In this document: piece after piece, positions 40,226-52,199 of the stretch
How the letters are laid out: every line of letters begins with the position of its first letter
Numbering within the stretch: the stretch's first letter is position 1
Assembly (NCBI GenBank): GCA_026770705.1
Contig: JANJGN010000034.1
Coordinates: 4,278,001 to 4,342,000, forward strand
Origin: Isurus oxyrinchus
Lineage: Eukaryota
Reading direction: 5' to 3'
DNA length: 64,000 nt
Notes under the pieces: model-generated
Databases searched by the model: none
The model's input: only the letters and a program-made list of their open reading frames with translations
What the model was told of the DNA's origin: nothing
Made by a program: the position numbers and the translations under genes

Positions 40226-41712
40226 CCGTCCAACCTCGTTCAGCCCTCTTCTAACCCCTACTCAAAATCCAAAAACAGGATTGTCCCGGAAGAACGTTCG
40301 TGTCAGCCTGTTCCTGCACCAAAGAACTCAATTCTCTCTGTATTTCCTCCCTTCTCTCTCCCCTTGACCAGTCCCTTCCCAGCTCCATCCGTGATTCCTC
40401 TGACACCTAACGTCACATCAACAATTTCCAGTTCCATGGCACCAACCGCCTCCTCTTTCAATCCCACTAGATCTCCATCTGAATTTTGTGTCAGCTCTCC
40501 GCATCGTCCTCGAAGAGAAGCCCAAACAATACCGACCCATCACTACTCTCCTCCGTCTGGCTGAACTTGTTCTCACGATGAAAAATTCCTCCTTTAACTC
40601 CTCTCACAGCCTCCAAATAAAAGCTGTGGCTATGTATAGCCGCATGAGTCCCAGCTATGCCTGTCTCTTTATGGGGTATGTGGAACGTTGCTTCTTCCAG
40701 TCCAAATCCGGCTCCCTGCCTCAACTCTTTCTCTGGTACATCAATGATTACATTGGGGCTGCTTCATGCTGTCGTCGGGACCTGGAAACATTTATTAACT
40801 TTGCTTCGAATCTTCACCCCTGCAACATGATCATATTGTCCATCTCTGATACTTTCCTTCCCTTCCCTCACCTACCTGTCTCAATTTCCGGTGATAGACT
40901 GTCCACAAATATCCGTTACAAGCCTACCAACGCCCACCGCTCCTCGCACCCCACTTCCTGTATGGACTCCATCCCATTCTCTCAGTTCCTTTGCCTCCAT
41001 CGCAAGTTTTCTGATGATGCCACTTTCAAAAACAGTTCCTCTGACATGTACGCCTTCTTCCTCAACCGAGGTTTTCCACCCACCGTGATTGTCAGGGCCC
41101 ACAACCGTGCTTGGCCCATTTCCCGTGCCTCCGCCCTCATGCCTTCCCCTCCCTCCCAGGAGCATGATAGTGTCCCCCTTGTCCTCGCATACCACCCCAG
41201 CAGTCTCTGCATTCAAAGAATCATCCTCTGCCATTTCTGCCAACTCCAGCAGTATGCCAGTGCCAAACGTATCTTCCCTTCACCCCCCCCCCCCCCCCAA
41301 TCACTCCCCCACCCCCAAGGCATTCCTAAGAGATCGTTCCCTCCATGACACACTGGTCCACTCCTCCATCGCCCCCAGCTCCTGAACCCTCTCCCACAGC
41401 ACGTTCCCATGTAACCGCAGAAGATGCAACACCCACCCCTTCACTTCCTCTCTCCTCACCGTCCAAGTGCAGAAACATTACTTTCAAGTGAAGGTGAATT
41501 TCACTTGCACTTCCCTCAACCTAGTCTACTGCATTCGTTGCACCCCATGCGGTATCCTCTACATTGGAGAGAACAAATGCTCACAGGGTGACTGTTTTGC
41601 AGAACACCTTCATTCTGTCCATAACCATTACCAAGATCTCCCTGTCGCTTGTCATTTCATCACTGCACCCTGCTCTCATGCCCACATGTCTTTCCACGGC
41701 TTACTGAATTAA
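40226..41712 (+). mobile_element. Inverted Penelope segment (RT core + GIY-YIG start)
   Basis: LLRLAELVLT..QIKAVAMYSRMSPSYACLFMGYVE..LWYINDYIG..YKPT (PLE RT) then NLVYCIRCTPCGILYIGE. Confidence 0.9.
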
Positions 41713-41739
41713 CGTGAATGGAAAATTCTATCACGTGAT

Positions 41740-42330
41740 CGCCACTAACGCGGGGTGATCTCTCTATGAGGTCATTAATTAATCTCATCTTGTTCCATAG
41801 TGCAAGGTCTAGTTCAGTTTATCTTCTACTTGGTGCAAGAGTGTCCTCTTCAACAAAACTTGCCTGAAAAGTTTCTCTGATTTTGTGAGCACACTAACTT
41901 TTGCAAACTGATTTTCCCAGTCTATAAGCAAATTAAAATCGCCCAACAATATGGCTGAAGATTTCTGATAACCCCCCATTATTTGTTCCTTTATATAATT
42001 ACTGTCAGGAGACCTGCGCAACACTCCCAAAATTTACATCTTGCCTTTATCCTTGCACATCACTACCCAAACTGTTTACATGTCCTGTTTTCCTGAAGTT
42101 ACGTTATCTCTCTCTGTTGTGCTGATACCATCATTAATTTACAGAGCGCATGCTCCACCTTTCTCCTAACTTACTGTTCTTTCTAAAAGTCACATATCCT
42201 TCAATATTCAAGTCCTTACCAAGGCGATTCTATAACTAAGTCTTTCAAATCACTGTCGACCCTAACAATTATTTTCTTGTTTTGCTCCCAATTCATCGGC
42301 TTAAATTTAAAAGTCATGATTAGTGAGACT
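41740..42330 (-). mobile_element. CR1 endonuclease fragment
   Basis: Minus-strand GVLRRSP..AILLGDFNLLIDWENQ. Confidence 0.7.
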
Positions 42331-42750
42331 TGAGTTTTGTCCTTTTACATTTTTCCTTGAACATTATTCTTATCATAAGGCTGCGACCAACCATCATTTT
42401 GGCGACCACGTGTACAATAGGAAAGAGAATGGAATAGAAATTTATACGTTGTTAGTTTTTAAAGAAATATTTATTTCTTTGGTCAGTTGCTCCGCAGTAC
42501 CTTTAACAACCATGACTCTGCCTTATTTTTGAAATAATTAAAGCATTTTCGAACGGTACAAAGGTACTAATACACATGCTGCAATAATATAACAAATAAA
42601 TTATTTTAACATTCTTAATAAAATCAGGTCAAAAAATCATTGCTTTCATTGGGAAACCATTCATTTCGGGCTATATAAATCAAAACGTGGGACTTATTTC
42701 CTTGTATGCATACTGGGTGTTCCAATTTTTTTTTTCTCATGTTGGTGCAG

Positions 42751-42777
42751 CATCAAAGCTGAGAAAAATCCATGAAG
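42751..42777 (+). CDS. Micro-exon (27 nt, phase 1-1); xSKLRKIHE
   Basis: T-tract then ctcatgttggtgcag|CATCAAAGCTGAGAAAAATCCATGAAG|gtcaga. Confidence 0.6.
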
Positions 42778-44341
42778 GTCAGAAGTTAACATTTTCAAAC
42801 AATTTCAGAACTTTATTCAGATTCTTATGTTAAATTCTAGGAAGCAGGCCTTTCGGGTCTGATGTATTATATAATCAGCTGCTTCCCCATATTTGAGGCA
42901 ACAGCATTGAATCTGCGATTCCTGACTTTATGCAGAGAGAAATGTAGTACAAAAGCAAAAGTGTTGTGTTCAACAATTATGACACTCTGTTCATCCCCAA
43001 CGAGCCTAAAGAGTCCAGTTCGCGTGACCACATTTTTGGTATGAGTTAAAGAGCTTTGAGATGCTATGGAAATATATATACTGTTAAGAAATAAATGCAA
43101 GTGCAATTTGAAATGTTTGGTTTATTCACTAAAGAAGAAAGGGGGTTCAAATTAAACATGCTGGTACAAGATAAAGGTCAGTGTAAATAAGTGAAACACA
43201 GCCAATCTGTTTTCAATGCTGCTGCTACAAGGAGAGCAGCACAGATAGTGCAAACATTCACGCACACAGTGAGCAGTAGTTAACTCGAGCTCTCTGCTAA
43301 AAGCACGGTAGAGAAGACGGGTCATTTCAAAATAAAATTGGATGGTGACTTGAGGAAATTTGATTCCAAAGCAATCGTGATAGAGAACAGCAATCGGATT
43401 TACTTGATAGCTGTAGGGTTATCCGGAATTTGCTGCAGTGCTAAGTTGTTGCTTCAGCAAAAACTATTTGACTCTTTTTTTGAAACCAAGCAAATATGTT
43501 AATTTAATCATTGTGTTGTTCTAAGTTAACCCACACGACTTGGAATGGTGTGGGAAGCTGATATACTTTGTACACTGAATAAACTGCCGTATGTTAAATA
43601 ACCGATGGGAACTGACAGCTTAGCTGGCAAGAACTTGCCGAAACTTTAACCCTTTTTTGCTAACTTTTTCAAGCCTTAACGCAGGTGCAAACGGCCATGT
43701 GACATTATCGGTAAAATATCAACCTGTGATACAGCACCTTATCATATGACAATTACAATTTTTTCATGATTTGGCATGAAACCACTTATCATGTTCCTAG
43801 TGAGAGGATTCTAAGCATTAAAGGAATAGAGTCAAAAAGATTCTGCTAGCACAGGTCACCTGTTTCGCTATGCCTCCAATTTGCAAATTATGATGTTCAC
43901 ATGCAGCAGTTCCGGAAAAATGGTTCACAACTTCCATCAAAGTTGAACCATTAGAATTAGCATAATCGTCCAGTTCCGCTAATCGGATTGAGTCTTCAGT
44001 TAGATCAATACTGTTTTCTACCACAGTATTGTTAAGTCACTTTTCAACCCCATAATTGGAGGACTTTGCCAAAGATGCAACCATCTAAGTCCTGAAACAC
44101 TAACTGACTCATGAAACACGCATTTTCGCAACACAAAATGCACCATTGCTTTCCTGTCTCCTCGTGCTGCTATTCAAGATTGAATTAGATATCAAGGTTC
44201 TGGGTTTTTTTTTTTAGCAGTTCAGGGGATTTATAACATATCTGTACTTGAAATGCAAAATTTGCTTTCTTTCTTTTTAAAAGTACATTCGGGAGACAGC
44301 TGCCATACCTATCTAAATGTTTTCATCGATTGTCCTAACAG

Positions 44342-44377
44342 AAGCGGTCCCAGGTGGCAATGAAAAATGTAGAAAAG
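44342..44377 (+). CDS. Micro-exon (36 nt, phase 1-1); EAVPGGNEKCRK, Pro/Gly hinge-like with Cys
   Basis: ttgtcctaacag|AAGCGG...GAAAAG|gtaaga; similar to exon 12468-12503. Confidence 0.78.
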
Positions 44378-46369
44378 GTAAGAAAGCTAAGCAGTCATAT
44401 TATTGTATAGTATGTGCAAGATACAACATATGAAAGGCTTAACGACTGCAACAATGTCTTCAATGTACATGTCCGCCCGCAATCTGCAATTTTTACACCA
44501 AAAGACATACTGATCTGACTTGGGAAGCTATCACCTTCCCATTACTGCCAAAGTCCTGGTATTCCCTACATTGCAGCACTGCGAGTGTAGCTACATTAGT
44601 AGTTCTATAAGGAAGCTCACCAAAAAGCTTTGCAAGGGCAAATAAGAATGAGCCAGGCCAGCGATGCCCACATCCCATGAAGGAAAAACAAACAAACAAT
44701 CAAAGTAAGCTAAGAAGGTTGATACCAATGTCGTTTGGGAAACTGTCAGTGAATGTTCCGTGATGATTGTTTAGTGGTGACTGAGGTTTTGCCGGCTTTT
44801 CTGCAATCAGGCAATGCCCCCTTTATTCAAAGACAATGCGTCCAACAAAATCATGTTGAATCATTCCACTCTGAGCAAATTTTCATCCAGTAGCCAGTTT
44901 TTTAGAGTCAAGTTTTGATTAATGTACGCAAAGGTTTAGACAAAAAAAAATCCCTGTAAGTTTAGTATAAGTAGTGAAGGGGCTTGCCAGCAGAAATGTT
45001 GGAAACAAATGAAATCTGCAGAGAAATAACATATATTACTATATCAATAATAAATCTGAGAGGAGATTAATAATTAAGCCCCGAAAGGACTGACTCAGAA
45101 ACCCGGTGTCTGGACCAGCTGCCTCTCCAACAATTCAATCAATGTGCCTGTAGCACTATAATATATTTTTGTTCAAGTGGTCACCCAATTTCCTGGCAAC
45201 TTAATTCACCGTCTCCACACACACAACCCTCGCAGGCAGCGACTTCCAGGTCATTATGTCTCGTAGCCTTATACTGTTCTAACTCTGTTACCGCCCGCCA
45301 TTTATCATTGGCTCTGAACATTAAATAATTAATTAATAATTAGCGCTTTGTTTATTGGAACTGTTATATACTCTCTATTTGTTTTGCCTACCTTATATAA
45401 TCCAGGCATAACATTTTTCATCTCTAACTAATCCTTTCTTAATGTTTTTCTTACCAGAGAACTGTTCTATTTTAACACTAGAGTTCGCATTCCTCGTCGA
45501 AGAGGGACAGTTTTTTAAAACAATTTCATCCAAAGTTTTCAAAAATCCTCAAATGTTTCCTTTAATGTACTGGCCAGAACATATTGTGTCGCTGCACTTG
45601 TGGCATAAACAAGGCTTTATAATGCCCAAGCATAACCTTCCTGTGTTTGCACATGATATGTTCATATACGAGGCCCAAGATTCACTATGTTTTGCTAAAT
45701 AGCCCTTCAATGATGAAAGCAGATGAATCTCAACTTCCCTCTGGTGTATCCGTTGCCTTAAACAACTGCTGTTCAACATGTATTGTCTTTCCTTCTTGGT
45801 TTTGCAAAGTTTTGCAAATCACATGTTTCATGTTTAGCACTTTTCTGCCATTCTGTTTAAACAAAGTAAAAGCATGGCCCTAACACTGGCCCTTGCAGAG
45901 GAAACGCTGTCTACGATCCTAAATTTTGCTGGGAAAAATACATTAACGCGTTCTTTTCTATTCTTAAGTGAGTTTTTTCTTTCATCTAACCTGACATTTC
46001 CACTCACATTCCACGAGACTCAAATTTATTTATCAGCCTTTGCAGGAACTTTCCAAAACGTTTACTTAAGATATTGAATTTAAATGATCATTTCTGGATC
46101 ATAGGCCAACTTAACCATTTGTCTTTTTACTTCCAAAATATGATTAAAATAGTCAAAGTTGAGATACTTTGTATATATCCTGAAAGAGTTTTATTACATG
46201 AAGCACATTATTGTAAGGGACTGAAAAGGTTATATTTATTCATTTATGCCTAAGTTACCGAAAGACACAGTCACTCAAGTAAATTTTTAGGCAATGTCCC
46301 TTTCTCCATGATCCCATCTGCCAGTTTATCACGTGTCTGGCTGTGTCTGTTTGTCATTCTGTCTGTGTA

Positions 46370-46469
46370 CTATCTATCTATCTAACTATCTATCCATCTA
46401 TCTATCTGTCTATCTATCTAGCTATCTTTCCATCCATATATCTATCTATCCATCCATCGTCCCATCCAT
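46370..46469. repeat. (TCTA/TCCA)n microsatellite running into a gap
   Basis: Direct observation. Confidence 0.95.
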
Positions 46470-46672
46470 NNNNNNNNNNNNNNNNNNNNNNNNNNNNNNN
46501 NNNNNNNNNNNNNNNNNNNNNNNNNNNNNNNNNNNNNNNNNNNNNNNNNNNNNNNNNNNNNNNNNNNNNNNNNNNNNNNNNNNNNNNNNNNNNNNNNNNN
46601 NNNNNNNNNNNNNNNNNNNNNNNNNNNNNNNNNNNNNNNNNNNNNNNNNNNNNNNNNNNNNNNNNNNNNNNN
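46470..46672. other. Assembly gap (203 N)
   Basis: Run of N. Confidence 0.99.
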
Positions 46673-47122
46673 CATTTATATAAATTGCCTACATATCTAC
46701 ATATCATCATCATATCTATTAGATTCATTCCATGATTAATGCATCCAACAATGCAAATACATAAATGTATAAGAGCAAAGTCATAAACCTCCTGGAAACG
46801 CCTGTGTGTCACTTCAGTTACTGTCTTAGCTGAAATGTATCAATAAAATCAAAATAATTGTGTGTTAAGAACACATTACATTATGCACAGCCAGCGTTGT
46901 CATTCGTCGCTATTCTATGCCCAAACACCATTTTCAGCACTTTTGCTGCATATCTCATAAGTAAGGGAAATTAAGTGAATTCTTTTTCATTCTTGTATGT
47001 ATCATCCACTTATTTGTATCCACCAGACGATGGCAACGTAGAATTTAACTTTGTGTTTCAGTTGATGAAAACTCATCCTTCGAAGGGTATTAAAAATGGA
47101 TTCCCTGTACATTTATTTCCAG

Positions 47123-47152
47123 TTATTTCCCAAGAACTTCTGGAAAAGACAA
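47123..47152 (+). CDS. Micro-exon (30 nt, phase 1-1); VISQELLEKT
   Basis: atttatttccag|TTATTTCCCAAGAACTTCTGGAAAAGACAA|gtacgt; QxxLxKT shared with 17200-17226; alternative in-frame start at 47135. Confidence 0.75.
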
Positions 47153-47249
47153 GTACGTAGGGACAATTAGTATTTGCTATGTGGAACTGTTAATTCCTCG
47201 GACACTTTTAGTGTTGAATAAGCGGATGAATTAAAGTGCTATTTATTAT

Positions 47250-48095
47250 CATAACATTCATGTCCCAATGCAGAAAGACCTGGGCAACATCAAGGCCTGG
47301 GATGACAATTGGCAAGTAGCATTTGTGCCATATAAATGTCAGACAATGGTCATCTCCAACAAGAGAGAATGCAACCATCGCCCGTTGATGTTCCATGGCA
47401 TGACCATCACTGAACCACTCACTATCAAAATTCTGGGAGTTACCATTGATCATAAACTGATCTGTATTAGCCATATAAATGATTTGACGACACGTGCAAG
47501 TCAGAGGTTATAGAATCGTGCAACGTATAACTCGCCTCCTGACTCCCCAAAGCCTGCCCGCAATCTACAAGGCTCAAGTCAAGAGGGCAAGGATATACTG
47601 CCCAATTGCCCAGAGCAGTGCAGTTGCAACAACACAGAAGAAGCTTGACACAGTTCATGATAAAGCTGCAGCCGTATGTGCAACAATTCCACGAACATTC
47701 ACTCCCTCCAAAACCGACACATAGAGACAGCAGTGTCTAACATGTATAAGATGCACTGCAGGAATTCACAAATAATCCTTAGTCGGCACCTGCTACACCC
47801 AGGACTACAGCCACCTTGAGCGTCGATGGCAGCAGATAGATGGGGATACCAGGTTCTGGAAATTACCCTCAAAGTCACGCCCAATCCTGACTTGGCATTA
47901 AAGTGCAGTTGCTTCACTGCTGCTGGGTCAAAATCCTGGAACACTCTTCCTGAAAGATCTGTAGGAGTGCCCATACCACATGGACTTGAGCGGATCAAGA
48001 AATCAGCTCACCACAACTTTCTCAAGTGCAGCTAAGGATTGGCAATTGATTCTGGTCAAGCCAGCGAAACACACATCCCGTGAATGAATAAAATA
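47250..48095 (+). mobile_element. 5'-truncated CR1/L2-group LINE (RT C-terminus and 3' tail)
   Basis: MQKDLGNIKAWDDNWQVAFVPYKCQTM..KILGVTIDHKL..HI; IYKAQV; KSWNTLP; tail ending gaatgaataaaa. Confidence 0.85.
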
Positions 48096-48149
48096 ATCAC
48101 TTCTTAGTGTGAAGTCGTTGTTCTCTATCCTCTGAGCCATGTCAGACAA

Positions 48150-49450
48150 CTTCACTGGAAGTGCACTGTTCAATAGAGTGCAAACCTGCCCGGCAAGCTC
48201 GATCCCAGCTGCATTGGGAGGCATCAAAAGGGTTGTTGGAGAGCCTTGGAATACTGGTAAGCTATAAGATGAAGTTTGAAGAACGACAGAAATTCAGGCA
48301 CGCATAGAATTGCGGCATGATATTCAAGGGATTGAGTGCATCCACAGTCGTTAGCTCCTTCACCATTAAAACAGAATTATTCCACAATTTGAGAAGCCAG
48401 CAGAACCCGTAATGGAGTACATCTGAGAAAATTGTGGAGATATAAAGGCATAAGAATGGGCTGCTTTCAAATAATATGAATGAGTAAATTTGGCATAGAG
48501 CCGGTGTATTTCTTGCCGTCAATTTATATCAGTGAGCATGACGGTAATTACTGGATGTGAATTAGAGTGAGATTCTGAAAAAAATGGCATGATGAACTGG
48601 ATGTGCTCATTCTGATGCTGACTGAGTGATCAGAGACAAGCAGGGAATTTCATGACATGAGATTAAGCAGCGGATTGAAACGAGTGACATTATGAAGATG
48701 GAGCAGATATGTCATCGGAAGCATGTCTTGAGTTCAAACGAAATTCCAAGGCCGCAAAGTGTCCGTTTAACCGTCAGCCACCGATCATGGAGAGGACTTA
48801 ATTCATTATGTTCACAAGGGAGTCTACGATGTTGAGCCGAAATCAGTGGTGTTTGAGTTCCCAACATTTTCATAGGCTCCAATTCTGTATTCAGTGCCGG
48901 ATGGTGTTGAGGGGGAAGGCAATCAAAGTGCCAGATAAGAGACATTGAAGTGCAAAAAGAGTTTTTGCTGGCCTGGATTTTGCATAGTTGCAGTCTCAGC
49001 TTGGAGGCTGGCAATTTCGCTCCCAGTTCAGAATTAGATAATGGTTAGTGGCTGTCCCAGATAAGCTGGCAACGTTGGAAACTCCACAGGTAGATGTTCT
49101 GAAGTAGGGGGAAGAAAAACTACACTGCGCAAGTTCCTATGTTCACACGATTATCTCTCCACGATTGAGCTGATATTTGTTAAAACATATGAGGAATGTC
49201 CCAAAAGGCTGAGGGACAGAGGGTGATGTTGCTCGTCAAATGCTTCAACTTTGACAGATTGTTAGAGAAGTTCACAGGGAACGACTTCACCATGTGCTTC
49301 AAAGAATATCTTTGTCAGTAAAAAAATTGGTATCAGTTTCATTTCTGCGGCAGTAGCATGGAATGATTGGCGGTATTCAAAAACAGAGCTTCTGGAAATA
49401 TGGATGCTGACATTGCCGGTTAACTAAGCGCTTCAGTCAAAATGATTTCG
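48150..49450 (-). mobile_element. Possible decayed L2-type LINE RT fragment
   Basis: Weak: minus-strand EAFDEQHH near 49240 resembles the AFDTVDH RT motif. Confidence 0.3.
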
Positions 49451-49678
49451 GTTGAAACTGCAATATAATGTACGTGTGCATACTGAATCATAACCTGCTT
49501 CAGTTATGTTGTGCGTACATAAAATGAGGTGGTATTCCTCCATATTGCAAAGCAAAGCTAATGGCTGACGCTTATGCCATGTTTATGAACAATTGCATTA
49601 TTGCTTTATTATGTCTAAAATGGTAACATTCCTGTGGTTACCATGATTGAGGCAGTGAACAGTTTGTTATTTTCATAG

Positions 49679-49705
49679 TGAAGACTCTGTTTGAAAAAGA
49701 GAATG
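49679..49705 (+). CDS. Micro-exon (27 nt, phase 1-1); MKTLFEKEN
   Basis: tttgttattttcatag|TGAAGACTCTGTTTGAAAAAGAGAATG|gtaagt; paralog of 18745-18771, found where the repeat order predicted it. Confidence 0.85.
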
Positions 49706-51169
49706 GTAAGTGTAATTTCACCCAACGATATTCCAACATTGAACAGCTTATTGTTGCTTTTTTGCTTGCAAACGCTGATTGTCAGTCCTGAATTTGACGC
49801 TATAATTAACAGCAGAAAAAAATACAAGCATTGAGATTCATTGCATATTCTTGTTCTTGGTTTTCTCTAACTGTCTAGTAGGGGATCTCATTCCGATACA
49901 AACCAAGCCTCTTTGTGGTTCTGCCCTCTGCACTTTCATTCGTCTCAATGGCATAATAGAGGAACGTACCCACATTTGTGCAATCCCTTTTGTGTACTCA
50001 ACAGATTTCAGCTTCACATTAAACAAAGCACTGGTTGTCGTGCGGTGAGGGTTGAGAAGTTTCCAAGTGACATCGAATAACCGTGCACCCAACAACTCAA
50101 ATTGTGCTCGTGCTAACTTCAATGTAATATATTTACTTGAGGTGAGGATGATATTGAAAAGTGGAGCCAGTGGAATGGACGGCCATTAACACGAATGATC
50201 GAACTGATTACATCAACTTACGTCACTGTGTCTGGGTGAAAATTGCACACAACAAAAATATATTTACTTTGTTTACCGGCTGAAATGTGTCAGGCATTGA
50301 TTCCGATTTAATGATGCTCTTCATACCTTGATTCAGTTTCAAATTGATTGTATATGGAAATTCACTCATCCCCTGCTGCTTGAAACTTTTCAGATAGATC
50401 ACATTTTCTTCTTTGAAGGGCCTTATGCACATGCATATTAATTATTTAAGAAAATGCCGAGGCTCCCTTCGAACATTAAAATGATAAAGCAGGGGATTTT
50501 TTCTAAGTGTCTTCTTCCCACTTCCGTAATGATAGGCTGCAGCATATTCTTTCTGTCAGTTGATAGAGTAACTCATTTACATTTCTTGCTTCCAACCTCA
50601 CCACATTTTCCTGGACAGTGGCGTTGCATTTACTGCTGCCTTCTCCATTGCAATGCTTCCAAAATCTGGACATCTCGGGAGTTTAGAACGAAATGCGTCA
50701 GAATCCTCCCTTTATAAGACCTTAGCAGGCAGACAGTCAAGTAATGACTTTTTGTCGGCCATTAGTGTAATTAAATGACCTATTAATTATTCCTCATTAA
50801 TCAGCATTGTTTTAAGTTCCTCCATCATTTTTGCCTTTTGCCTCTCTAATATTCTTTGGATGCTCCTGTGTTTGCTGCCGTGGAGGCAGAAATATGATTT
50901 CTAATGTTCCACAATTAGTTGTTTACCAGTTAAATATTGTTCCTTTTCATCCTCTCTTTGATCAAAGTTTATTCTTGCTGTTCCCATCTTGTGTTCATCT
51001 ATTTGTAGAATCAATTACTTGAATACTGTTTTAGTTGTTGCTTGAACCATAACAGCTTGAACGTCTGTGTCACTTATCCAATCTTGGTTATGGATATTGA
51101 TCGTTACATTTTTTCTAGTGGACTACGTGTGACTAATAAATTCCTGAGCAAGCCTTTATAAAGTCAACC

Positions 51170-52190
51170 GCTACAAAGGCAAGAACGGAAAAAAGAATAA
51201 AACCAGACTGGCTACCCGGAATCGACCCAGGCTCGCGTAATGACACAACAAATCCCGGTCATGCAAATCACCAGTCCAGCTATACAGTGAGATTAGTCAA
51301 CCAATATCATACATAGACATAGGCACGGAATCATACGTTACGGATAAGTATCCAGACATCTGAATCACCATTCCTGCTGGGAGGACAGGGTATACCCAAA
51401 TGAGATGGCGGCACAGTGGTATAAAATTTAGAGGGAGTTGCTCTGTTAACGGGTCAGGGATCCCTCCTGGTGTTTACCACATACCGCCATAGTTTCTTCA
51501 TCTTGAGCACCACTTGGAGGAAGCACGGGTGTGGGGAGTGGGTGAGGGGCAGGGGGTGGGGTTGGTGGGAAATGCACAGAATGTACTCTGAGTGGGGGAA
51601 TTGAATGTCCTTCAATCCCCAGCACTAAGTCTGGCTCGATAGCAACACCACAGATTCAGCTGGCAGACTCCTAAATGACTTGTGTTCTACACTGGCTCTG
51701 CAGCAGATGGATAGAGGGGAAAAGCCTACTTGAACTCAACTTCACCAACAAGCCTCATGAAATTTTATCTGCCTGTGGCAGTATCGATGAGGGTCATCAC
51801 CGCACAGCCCTGGCTGAGTGAACATCCCTTCTTCTCTTGAGGATACCATAAATCGTTTTTTATGGCGCTTCTGCACTTCTAGGATAGACTTCGTACAAAT
51901 CTGGACTAGGCAAGTAAGGTGCACTGCTTTCCATCAGCAGTAACAGACTCAAGCACAAAAAGCAAACCCATGGAGGGACATGCCCCATTATACAGTAGGG
52001 TCAGGGCATCAACACTGATTCAAGGATGATTGCAGTAGTGCATGACAGGAGCAGCACCAGGCTAACTAACAATGAGATTTGAACTTATTGAAGCTACAGC
52101 ACAGGACAATTTTCGTGACACACAGCATAATCAGCTGGGTAAGAGGCCGGCCTAAAAGATCCTATAACCATCTGATCAGACCGAAACGCT
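51170..52190 (+). mobile_element. LINE endonuclease-region relic (CR1/L2 group)
   Basis: Remnants DIGTESYVTD, DGGTVV and NVL*VGELNV resemble APE endonuclease motifs. Confidence 0.55.
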
Positions 52191-52199
52191 GCAGTCCTT

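Noticed and set aside
42671-42680. TATA-like ctatataaat upstream of exon 42751
   Set aside because: Common in AT-rich DNA; it is followed by an acceptor site rather than a first exon.
46333-46812. ORFs spanning N runs (also 25012-25440)
   Set aside because: Artefacts of assembly gaps and microsatellite sequence.
50005-50044. 40-nt AG..GT segment with gtgagg donor after the MKTLFEKEN exon
   Set aside because: Not a multiple of 3; the alternative 33-nt form has TAA in phase 1.
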